Source: Fibrobacter succinogenes subsp. succinogenes S85 (GTDB taxonomy: Bacteria; Fibrobacterota; Fibrobacteria; Fibrobacterales; Fibrobacteraceae). From it: 32,000 bases of DNA. Below, piece by piece: positions 6,364 to 13,769 of this stretch. Position numbers and translations under genes: made by a program. Each line of letters opens with the position of its first letter. The first letter of the stretch is position 1. The stretch spans positions 1,110,001 through 1,142,000 of the forward strand of contig NC_017448.1 of NCBI RefSeq assembly GCF_000146505.1, read 5' to 3'. Under the pieces are notes generated by a model that saw only the letters and a list, made by a program, of their open reading frames with translations, was not told the DNA's origin and did no database searches.

Positions 6364-8634
6364 CTACTGCGCAGGAGTCGGAGCAGTCTCGGCCGGTTTC
6401 GGCGTTTCAACCGGCTTCGGCGTTTCAGCTGGCTTTGCAGCGGCAGCAGCTTCCGACTTCATTTCGACAACAGCCTTTTCAGCTCTGTCGCGCATGTTCT
6501 TCAAGCGCTTCAGGCCAGCCTTCGATGCAGACCTCACCTTCTTTTCGGCATTGGCCTTGAGCTTCACCTTCACTTCAGGCTTGGATTCCGGCTTCACGTC
6601 GGACTTTGTCGGAGGCGGCACAGCCGTGCTGTCGTTCAGCAGAGAGTCAGACGGTGCAGCCACGGTGCTATCGCCTTCGGTGTAGTAACCGAACGGGATG
6701 AGTTCCACGCGGCGGTTCTTGGCACGGCCTTCGTCCGTTACGTTATCAGCAAGCGGCATGCGAGTGCCAAAGCCAATAGCACGTAAGCGGTCGGCGGCGA
6801 TTCCCTTCGACTGGAAGTAATCCGTCACAGAGTGAGCACGGTCTTCAGAAAGCTTCTGGTTGTAATCTTCAGTACCCACGATATCCGTATGGCCCTGGAC
6901 TTCAAGCTTCACTTCCGGAATCTTTTCCAGGAGAGCGATGATGTCGTCCAAAGTCGGGTAACTGGACTTCAAAAGCTTTGCCGAGTCGAATTCAAACTGG
7001 ATGCCCTTCTTGAGGTAGTCCAGGTCTTCCTTGCGGCGCAGCGGGCAGCCACGCTTGTTCACCTGAATTCCCGGGAGCGTATTCGGGCACTTGTCACGGT
7101 AATCCGGCACGCCATCCTTGTCGGTATCGAGCGGGCAGCCGTCAGCATCCACGGCGACACCTTCCGGCGTATCCGGGCACTTGTCCGGCCCATCAAAGAC
7201 TCCGTCCTTGTCGCTGTCGAGCGGGCAACCGACAGAATCTACCTTGACGCCCTTCGGCGTTTCAGGGCACATATCCTTGTAATCCGGGACCGTGTCTTCG
7301 TCCGTATCCAGCGGACAGCCGACAGAATCTACCTTGACGCCCTTCGGCGTTTCAGGGCACATATCCTTGTAATCCGGGACCGTATCTTCGTCCGTATCCA
7401 GCGGGCAACCGACAGAATCCACGGCGACACCCTTCGGCGTATCTGGGCACTTGTCGAGACCGTCAAAGACCTTGTCTTCGTCCGTATCGATGCCGCAGCC
7501 GTCTTCGTCCACGACTATCGGCGGGAACGTTTCCGGGCACTTGTCCTTGCGGTTCTTTACGCCATCGTTGTCGTCGTCGCCGTCAAAGCCAAACGTCCAC
7601 GTGAGCTTTGCGATACCGGCAATAAGCGGCTGGGCAACATAGCAGTAGCTGGCCCTGTAACCCGTTTCGCCCTTGAACTTGATCTGGAAATCCTTGCAGT
7701 TGTCCATCGCATCTTTGCGATCGTAGCCATCAACAAGATTACCAATACCAATATCGATACCCGCGGCAAAGTCAATGTTGAAGAACGGAATCTTCACATT
7801 GATACCCGGCGTGAGTACCATCGGGTCGGTAATCGGGCTGAACGGATACGCATCGTTGCCAAAGCGCATTTCGCCACTGAATTCGAGGAACGGCTGGATG
7901 TAATCGTTGATTTCCAGGTTCACGCCAGTGCTATACACGAGCGTATTCGAAGCATCACCAAAGCCGATCATGAGTCCAAGAGAAGAATTCCAGACAAGCG
8001 GAACACCCTTCTTGTTGTAATTGACAGAGACAACCCCCGTAAGGCCGAGCATCACGCTGTTTGCCGTGTAGGCATACGTCGGGCCACCCTCGTTATCGAG
8101 GAACCAGGCGTGACGCGGGCGGATACCCACGCCCCTCCAGCCAGTCGGGACAGTCAAATCCACAACAGCGGCCGTCTTCATGTAATCCGGGCCAAACCAG
8201 TGCGGCGTGCGGTACTTGGCGTAAAACTGCAAGTCACCGAGGCCACCCTTGCCCATGTGAGCGCGGATAGCTTCGCCAGAGTAATCCTTTGCGTGGTCGT
8301 AGTAAATCGGGAGGCTCACGCCGATATCCAAGTCATCACGGAGGCCAAACGCAAAGTTAAAGTTACCGGCCAAAGCGCCGTCAATGCGGCCCTTTTCCAT
8401 ACGGGCGTCCCACACATCGAGTTCCTGGGTACGACCATGTCGGTCCGTAAACAAGGCGCCACGGGTGTAGCCCCAGTTATCGGTCGCAATCGTACCGCCA
8501 GTCCCTAAACGGAAGTGAAAAAATCCAAGCGTATTCGCATCTTGCTGGTGGAGGCCGGTTTTACCCCCCAGGAGGCCGGTCTGAGCAAAGACAGCCGCCT
8601 GCGCAAGTGCGAGTATAAGGGTAAGTTTTTTCAT
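6364..8634 (-). CDS. OmpA-family outer-membrane protein with thrombospondin type-3 (calcium-binding) repeats and a Lys/Ala/Pro-rich C-terminal tail
   Basis: 756 aa. Signal peptide (MKKLTLILALAQAAVFA-Q). The N-terminal ~350 aa have beta-barrel-like alternating composition. About seven D.D.D...D..D.CP repeats follow (e.g. CPLDTDEDTVPDYKDMCPETPKG). Then comes an OmpA/MotB peptidoglycan-binding block (LEVQGHTDIVGTEDYNQKLSEDRAHSV...NRRVELI), and finally KPESKPEVKVKLKANAEKK...AKPAETPKPVETPKPAETAPTPAQ. Confidence 0.9.
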   Translation of the reverse strand: MKKLTLILALAQAAVFAQTGLLGGKTGLHQQDANTLGFFHFRLGTGGTIATDNWGYTRGALFTDRHGRTQELDVWDARMEKGRIDGALAGNFNFAFGLRDDLDIGVSLPIYYDHAKDYSGEAIRAHMGKGGLGDLQFYAKYRTPHWFGPDYMKTAAVVDLTVPTGWRGVGIRPRHAWFLDNEGGPTYAYTANSVMLGLTGVVSVNYNKKGVPLVWNSSLGLMIGFGDASNTLVYSTGVNLEINDYIQPFLEFSGEMRFGNDAYPFSPITDPMVLTPGINVKIPFFNIDFAAGIDIGIGNLVDGYDRKDAMDNCKDFQIKFKGETGYRASYCYVAQPLIAGIAKLTWTFGFDGDDDNDGVKNRKDKCPETFPPIVVDEDGCGIDTDEDKVFDGLDKCPDTPKGVAVDSVGCPLDTDEDTVPDYKDMCPETPKGVKVDSVGCPLDTDEDTVPDYKDMCPETPKGVKVDSVGCPLDSDKDGVFDGPDKCPDTPEGVAVDADGCPLDTDKDGVPDYRDKCPNTLPGIQVNKRGCPLRRKEDLDYLKKGIQFEFDSAKLLKSSYPTLDDIIALLEKIPEVKLEVQGHTDIVGTEDYNQKLSEDRAHSVTDYFQSKGIAADRLRAIGFGTRMPLADNVTDEGRAKNRRVELIPFGYYTEGDSTVAAPSDSLLNDSTAVPPPTKSDVKPESKPEVKVKLKANAEKKVRSASKAGLKRLKNMRDRAEKAVVEMKSEAAAAAKPAETPKPVETPKPAETAPTPAQ
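7231..7410. repeat. Near-perfect 90-bp tandem duplication inside the OmpA-family gene (two TSP3 repeat units)
   Basis: 7231-7320 and 7321-7410 differ at only about 3 positions. Each unit encodes VDSVGCPLDTDEDTVPDYKDMCPETPKGVK. Confidence 0.9.
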
Positions 8635-8640
8635 ATTCTA

Positions 8641-9099
8641 TTACAATTCAGAAGTAATCCACTGATACATGGATGATTCATCCTTGTACGCACAGACATA
8701 GGTTACGCTTTCTTTGGTAACAGTTGCATCTTCGTTATCTCTGTTGCAAATCTTGTCGAGAGCAATGTCTGTGGAGGCGTCAACCCACTTACCATAGCCA
8801 TTTCCGACTTCTTTAGCTATAGAGCACTTGAAACTGTGGCTTTCACCATCCTTGAGGGTTTCGCTCTTAATGTCTGCAATGTTTTTAGTATCACCTCTAT
8901 CGGTATCGCAATAACCAAACTTGGCGTTAAGGTACTTATTTTCATTAATTACTAGCCAATCTGTGGAGGAAGAACTTGCGGGGATTCCTTCTGCGTTACC
9001 ATTACTAAGACATTCATAGTATGCGTCACCGACTATAGCGACATCTTTTTCTTTTGATCGATTTCTCGTGCAAATTCCAAGCGTAGCGTCTTCATCCAA
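8641..9099 (-). CDS. C-terminal fragment of the upstream collagen-like lipoprotein, out of frame (see findings)
   Basis: The 152-aa ORF has no ATG start (a TTG is used by the track). Its frame stays open upstream to 9207 and there reads GKYKCNYISGGPSSGYYSWVKASDLDEDATLGIC. This continues the Y.C...W repeat motif seen throughout the 1171-aa ORF, and the fragment itself ends ...SVTYVCAYKDESSMYQWITSEL. Confidence 0.65.
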   Translation of the reverse strand: MDEDATLGICTRNRSKEKDVAIVGDAYYECLSNGNAEGIPASSSSTDWLVINENKYLNAKFGYCDTDRGDTKNIADIKSETLKDGESHSFKCSIAKEVGNGYGKWVDASTDIALDKICNRDNEDATVTKESVTYVCAYKDESSMYQWITSEL

Positions 9100-12000
9100 A
9101 TCGCTTGCTTTAACCCAAGAGTAGTATCCGCTGGAAGGACCTCCAGAAATGTAGTTACACTTGTATTTTCCCCTCCGTAAACAGCTACTTTGGTTTGATT
9201 TCTCATCTTATCTTCATCGCACTTGCCATAGATATCCTCAAAGGTAGGTTCGTGCCAATCATCTCTCTTGGCACTAGCGACAAACGTCTTCGGATTTTCG
9301 CCACTCTTTAACGTTACGTTGACTTCAAAGGCAATGCCGTCGGCGTAGCCACTAGCACGCTTGTAATCGCCATAGTTGCAAAGGACATTAATCCATTTCT
9401 GTTTTTCGACTTCTGGCATATTCGAGGCAATTTTACTCTGCACGGTTTCTACAGAAACAGGCTCACAGTAGATGTTGACCCAATCGTTACAAGCGTAAAT
9501 TATATTATCCTTATAACCATTCAAGAGCAAGAGGGCGCTGTTTCTTGTGCTTTCGTTGGTAAAATTACCGTAGTACACCCATTTCTTGGCCCCGCTAGCA
9601 GTATTGTTTCTCGCATAGGTAGAACCGTGGTAGCTACACTTTTCGTTGAAGGTCGATTCGCCGAGGTCTTCGTCTTCAACCTTCTGCACTGTAGCCTCGA
9701 CGCGATCACCCACGCAATATTCATCAACAGTCGTTTCACGCCATTCATGGCTATGGTTACCCCAGTTGTCTGTATATTCAGAATTTTCTTCACAAACATA
9801 TTCATAACCGGATCCAGTAACCATTTTTTTATTGACATAGCCATAATGGCAAGCCTTTTCATTATACACGTCTTGCCAATCAGTAGCGATCCATTCGTAT
9901 TTTTCCTGTTTATCAAGGTAATCGCACTTATAATGTTCGGAACCATTTTCTTCCTTGACTTCGCCCTTTTCCATCGTAGTTTTTGAACATATTCCATATT
10001 TCTCATCATGATAATCTTTCTGTCTCCATTTGGAGCCATCGCATACAAAGGTTATTTTGCTTGTTGTCGTGGCAAGTTCCGCATTCTTGTAGTCGAACAG
10101 CTTTTCTTTGCCTTCGTTTACGGTAGCGCTGCATTCACCGAGGTAAAGCTTGGATTCCGGATTGTTGGCCTGTTCTTCCGGAGTCATGCCACTTGCAGCG
10201 CTAGAAGAGGATGCAACAGAGTTCGAAGAGTTCGGACTGACAGGACCAAGTTCAAAACCAACGCAAGAAGAAGCGGATGGATTACATTCTACTTCTGCGC
10301 ACTCATACTCTTGAATTTCCCCGTCAAAGAACGCCGATCCCTTATCTCCTTTATTACGGCCCAAGCATACATTTTCAGTATCTTGCCAGTAGCATTTTCC
10401 ATTGTCGCATACACAAACGGCATTTTCATCAAGACCTTCAAAGCTATAGAAGAAGGTCGAATTAACTGCGTCAGCATCGCAAGCTTTTTCCACCGTTGCA
10501 ACACCTACAGCCCAAAGTGTTACAGGATACCAAACTTGTTCGTTTTCGATATATTCAAAGTAACGGAAATATCCCCCTTCGACATCAGACTTATACACCT
10601 TGCTGCTATAGCCAGACGGATCATTGAAAACCTTTGCGTCTTCGACTTTAAGCTTATAGGCTTCCACAAATCCATTCTGCAAAATCTTGTAATAGACGGC
10701 ATCCGTACCACTCCAGACATTCGTTTCAGCAGTATAGTCGCCATGCTGCATTTGGTTCCACTTGAAGAAGTTCGCGTCGATAAGCAAAGCGAGGTAATCA
10801 ACAAAGAACATGCTGTGTTCCTTGCCTGCGTAAGTCGTATTGACGGCGGTGTTAAAGTTGCCGTTTTCGGCAAAGACATTGCGGAAAGCGTTATAGACCA
10901 AGTTAAAACCCGGAGTCTTGTCCTTTTGGTCAATGAGGGCCATCACCCACACGATGCTGTTGAAGTTTTCGGCCAGGCCAATCTGATCGGGGGCATAATG
11001 TTCGAAAGACGGATATTCTTCGCTGTTTTCCAAATAAAGGGCGTGGGCAAGGTCCTTGTTTGCCTGCTCGTTTGCAACACCAAAACCGTTACCATCGTCA
11101 ACCAACTTCTTTACGCGGGCAGCCTTGTAGTCGGTCAAGAAGTCGATGACAACCGTATCAGAAGCATCGGACAAGTCTGCATAGGCGTTGTAAATGACAT
11201 CCGTTGCGTTCGAGCCAAATCCGCCAAAGGCGCCGAAAGCGTTGTTACTCAAGTTCAGCTTGACACGGAGCTTCACAACCGGGGTCGTAAGGTTCGTGAT
11301 GTCGAGATCCCCTTCGAGGCGTGCAACCTTGTATTCCACCGCCTTTTCGTTAGTTTCTTCGATTGTCACAAAGGATTTATTGGCAGAGGCGAACAAGTCC
11401 TGCATAAACACCTTGCCACTCGGGACGAACTTTTCGTCAAGATCCGTCACGGTAAGTTCTGCATTGTCGCCACCCTTGAGGTTCTTCCAGATTTCTTCAT
11501 AGATGTCGTCAGTTTTTGTTTCCTTGTTGGCCTGCACCGGGAAACGCACGACAACATGCTTCTTGTACACCTTGGCGAGGTTCTCGTTCACGACTGTGAA
11601 CGGGATTTCCATCTTGGTCTCGGCGTCGCCGCACTTGATGGTCACGGTGATGATAGCCTTTTCGTTGTCGCGGACTGTATCCACGATGGCGCAAGACTTG
11701 TCTTCTAGTTCTGCATTCCAGCTGCTGTAGGCGTCACTGAACTTGTTGTCGATATCTTCGCCGAACTTGTCCGTTGCAGAACTCAAGTTCTTGAGGGCGT
11801 CATCGACGTCCTTCTGGTTCTTGGCAGAAGCAGAGCTCAAATTCTTGAGAGCTTCGTCAATTTCGCTCTGGCTCTTGGCAGAGGCGCTGCTGAACTTGCT
11901 ATCAATATCCTTCTGGATTTTGTCCATGTCGGCATCTTTACCGTTGGTGCCGTTAGTGCCGTCCTTGCCGGCTTCGCCCTTCAGGGATTCAAGCCATTCC

Positions 12001-12536
12001 TTTTCGGTGCCCGTGAAACCGTTATCCTTCGCGATTTCGTAAGCGGACTTACCATTCGTTCCGCTAGATCCGTTCGTTCCGCTGGTTCCATTCGTTCCAT
12101 CGGCACCATCTTTACCATTCGTGCCATTGGTGCCGTTCGTACCGTTTTTGCCGTCGGCACCATCCTTACCATTCGTACCGTCCTTACCATCAGCACCATC
12201 CTTACCATTGTGGACAACACCAATCGTATCGCCACCATCGCAAACAATGGCAAAGCCGGACTTATCTTTCAGTTCCTTGGATTCGCAACGGTACTGGATA
12301 GCTTCGTGGTCGTTCATGGCGACCCATTCGCCTTCAGAGCACACGTACATCGTAGCCTTGGACTTCACAAAAGCCATGGAGCCTTCGGTCTTTTCACTAC
12401 AGTCATCGTCATTCAAGGAAGAAACCGTAGTAAACTGATTGACATCCTGAGAATACAGCAGGTCGTCGCCGCAACCGGCGAAATAGAGAGCCATTGCAGA
12501 AACTGCAAGCCCGAACTTGATGGTTTTCTTGTTCAT
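9033..12536 (-). CDS. Large surface lipoprotein with a collagen-like G-X-Y region, coiled repeats and Cys-containing Y.C...W modules; 3' end truncated by a frameshift
   Basis: Lipoprotein signal MNKKTIKFGLAVSAMALYFAGC (ATG at 12536 preferred over the TTG at 12548). About 18 G-X-Y triplets (GKDGADGKDGTNGKDGADGKNGTNGTNGTNGKDGADGTNGTSGTNGSSGTNGKS). Repeated SSASAK.Q...D.ALKNLSSA units. Multiple motifs such as MYVCSEGEWV, ITFVCDGSKW, HYKCDYL..YEW and YEYVCEEN. Confidence 0.85.
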   Translation of the reverse strand: MNKKTIKFGLAVSAMALYFAGCGDDLLYSQDVNQFTTVSSLNDDDCSEKTEGSMAFVKSKATMYVCSEGEWVAMNDHEAIQYRCESKELKDKSGFAIVCDGGDTIGVVHNGKDGADGKDGTNGKDGADGKNGTNGTNGTNGKDGADGTNGTSGTNGSSGTNGKSAYEIAKDNGFTGTEKEWLESLKGEAGKDGTNGTNGKDADMDKIQKDIDSKFSSASAKSQSEIDEALKNLSSASAKNQKDVDDALKNLSSATDKFGEDIDNKFSDAYSSWNAELEDKSCAIVDTVRDNEKAIITVTIKCGDAETKMEIPFTVVNENLAKVYKKHVVVRFPVQANKETKTDDIYEEIWKNLKGGDNAELTVTDLDEKFVPSGKVFMQDLFASANKSFVTIEETNEKAVEYKVARLEGDLDITNLTTPVVKLRVKLNLSNNAFGAFGGFGSNATDVIYNAYADLSDASDTVVIDFLTDYKAARVKKLVDDGNGFGVANEQANKDLAHALYLENSEEYPSFEHYAPDQIGLAENFNSIVWVMALIDQKDKTPGFNLVYNAFRNVFAENGNFNTAVNTTYAGKEHSMFFVDYLALLIDANFFKWNQMQHGDYTAETNVWSGTDAVYYKILQNGFVEAYKLKVEDAKVFNDPSGYSSKVYKSDVEGGYFRYFEYIENEQVWYPVTLWAVGVATVEKACDADAVNSTFFYSFEGLDENAVCVCDNGKCYWQDTENVCLGRNKGDKGSAFFDGEIQEYECAEVECNPSASSCVGFELGPVSPNSSNSVASSSSAASGMTPEEQANNPESKLYLGECSATVNEGKEKLFDYKNAELATTTSKITFVCDGSKWRQKDYHDEKYGICSKTTMEKGEVKEENGSEHYKCDYLDKQEKYEWIATDWQDVYNEKACHYGYVNKKMVTGSGYEYVCEENSEYTDNWGNHSHEWRETTVDEYCVGDRVEATVQKVEDEDLGESTFNEKCSYHGSTYARNNTASGAKKWVYYGNFTNESTRNSALLLLNGYKDNIIYACNDWVNIYCEPVSVETVQSKIASNMPEVEKQKWINVLCNYGDYKRASGYADGIAFEVNVTLKSGENPKTFVASAKRDDWHEPTFEDIYGKCDEDKMRNQTKVAVYGGENTSVTTFLEVLPADTTLGLKQAIWMKTLRLEFAREIDQKKKMSL
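12048..12206 (-). repeat. Collagen-like G-X-Y triplet-repeat coding tract
   Basis: The DNA shows 9-nt and 18-nt periodic units (accattcgt/accatcctt). It translates to uninterrupted Gly-X-Y across aa ~115-167 of the lipoprotein. A second short tract (GEAGKDGTNGTNGKD) lies near 11935-11980. Confidence 0.85.
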
Positions 12537-12833
12537 TTTTGTTCCCAATTATTTACATTTTGGTAAAACTTAGGCAAATTTAGCTTATTTTAAGTAATTC
12601 GTAAAGAGTTTACGGCATAGCCCATTTGGGCTATAGCCAACTAAAAAAGTATTAGAAAAAAAAAGATTTTCTGACCAAAAAAGAGGAATTTTAGACTTAT
12701 CATTTAATATTTTGCGTAAAACAGGTGCTTTTTCGACCCATTTGCAAAAAAGGGACGCTTTTTTGACCAAGCTTTATGTATATTCAAGGCATGGGCATCA
12801 ACGATGCTCGAAGTTTTTAAAAAAAGGTTAATA

Positions 12834-13358
12834 ATGCTTTCTTATCAAGACGCCTACAAAATTGCAGAATCCGTTCACCAAGGCCAGCAAGACAAGGCCG
12901 GTGGCCCATACATCGATTTCCTCCAGAACGTCGCCGATTATCTTAAAAACAAAGGCGAATCCGAAGATGTCCAGGTTCTCGCCATTTTGCAGGATTCCAT
13001 TACTTCTGCCACTAAAAAGACTCCGGACGACATGATCAAGATGGGTGTTCCAGCCGATATGGTGGACCTCATCCAGAAGATGACCTACCACAAGAACCAG
13101 GCATGGATTGACGAGTACAGCTGCCACCTGATGGAAAAAGGCGTGCCAGCCGAAGACGCCACCTACGATGCCCGTGAAAAAGACTTTGTGCGCTTTGTCG
13201 AAACCCTCAAGGACAATCCGACAGCAGCTAAGGCAAAGAGCGCTATCTTGAACGTGCTCATGGACGACAAGTACATCCACCGCCAGGAACGTCGCGAACT
13301 CAAGACAAAATTCCGCCTCAAGAAGTACAAGGCAGCCATCCAGGCACTTGGTGTGTAG
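12834..13358 (+). CDS. Small HD_4/SpoT-hydrolase-like protein with substituted catalytic residues
   Basis: 174 aa from the ATG at 12834 (alternative start at 12804). AESVHQGQQDKAGGPYIDFLQNVA...LAILQDSITS aligns to the RelA/SpoT-type hydrolase pattern AH.GQ.RK.G.PYI.HP..VA...ALLHD..ED. However, HP is replaced by DF, HD by QD and ED by TS. Confidence 0.65.
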   Translation: MLSYQDAYKIAESVHQGQQDKAGGPYIDFLQNVADYLKNKGESEDVQVLAILQDSITSATKKTPDDMIKMGVPADMVDLIQKMTYHKNQAWIDEYSCHLMEKGVPAEDATYDAREKDFVRFVETLKDNPTAAKAKSAILNVLMDDKYIHRQERRELKTKFRLKKYKAAIQALGV

Positions 13359-13365
13359 TCCCTTC

Positions 13366-13465
13366 GGCAAGCTCAGGGACCTTACAATGCGTCGGAATGC
13401 CGCAAGGCAACACAATGCGTCATCCTGAACGGAGAACCGAGGGTTCGAAGTGAAGGATCCAGTCA
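13366..13465. repeat. Mosaic of short GC-rich palindromic (REP-like) units downstream of the HD-like gene
   Basis: It contains ccttcggcaagctcagggac, a duplicated acaatgcgtc (13384 and 13412), and gtcatcctgaacgg-gaacc-gag-ggttc-gaagtgaaggatc. The gtcatcc...ggatc ends are of the same style as the 6328 and 24938 elements. Confidence 0.4.
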
Positions 13466-13478
13466 CATTTTAAATGTC

Positions 13479-13509
13479 ATGCCGGCCACTGCGCCGGCAT
13501 CTCTTTTTT
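13479..13509 (+). terminator. Rho-independent terminator of the HD-like gene
   Basis: atgccggc-cactgc-gccggcat is followed by ctctttttt. Confidence 0.7.
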
Positions 13510-13540
13510 AAAACCCTCGCGAAAGCGAGGATCTTTTTTT
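13510..13540. terminator. Hairpin flanked by A-run and T-run; terminator for the minus-strand GLUG gene (also usable on +)
   Basis: The sequence is aaaa-cctcgc-gaaa-gcgagg-atcttttttt. It lies 8 nt downstream of the stop codon at 13548. Confidence 0.6.
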
Positions 13541-13547
13541 GCGCGGG

Positions 13548-13769
13548 CTATTTCAGCACTACGCGTTGGCTCATTCCATCGACACGCACGATGTAGGCGC
13601 CAGATTCCTGCAAGGTGACACTTGTTTCGCCATTCGCAGGAATCGCTTTCGACATAACATGGTGACCGAGCGCATCGAACACCTGAACGGTTCTGCCCTT
13701 CGAAGCATGCAACGTGATGGTTCTGCCCTGCACCGCCATGCGGAATCGCTGATGGGCAATCACCGGCAA
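13548..13769 (-). other. T9SS (Por) C-terminal sorting domain-like segment of the GLUG protein
   Basis: The pattern is ...L.....V.VFD..G..V.......G...V.L.....G.YIVRV.....Q.VV.K at the extreme C-terminus, directly after the Ser-rich linker. Confidence 0.6.

Noticed and set aside
7040-7560. Regularly spaced repeats in 7040-7560, and the heptamer arrays, were considered as possible CRISPR arrays.
   Set aside because: The 78-90-bp periodicity is the coding periodicity of the TSP3 repeats inside an intact ORF. The heptamer arrays have no spacers. No cas genes or repeat-spacer architecture occur anywhere in the window.
9166-9173. The T4C4 run was considered as a classical phase-variation (slipped-strand) tract.
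   Set aside because: Homopolymer runs of 4 are much shorter than typical contingency tracts of 7 or more. A frameshift mutation or assembly error is more likely, so switching is mentioned only as a minor possibility in the finding.
12585-12770. The 61-aa minus-strand ORF in the divergent promoter region between the collagen-like gene and the HD-like gene. The repeated TTTTNNGACC motifs there were also considered.
   Set aside because: The ORF is AT-rich, has no RBS and overlaps hairpins. The three TTTT..GACC motifs are short and irregularly spaced, so I cannot distinguish them from promoter-like noise.
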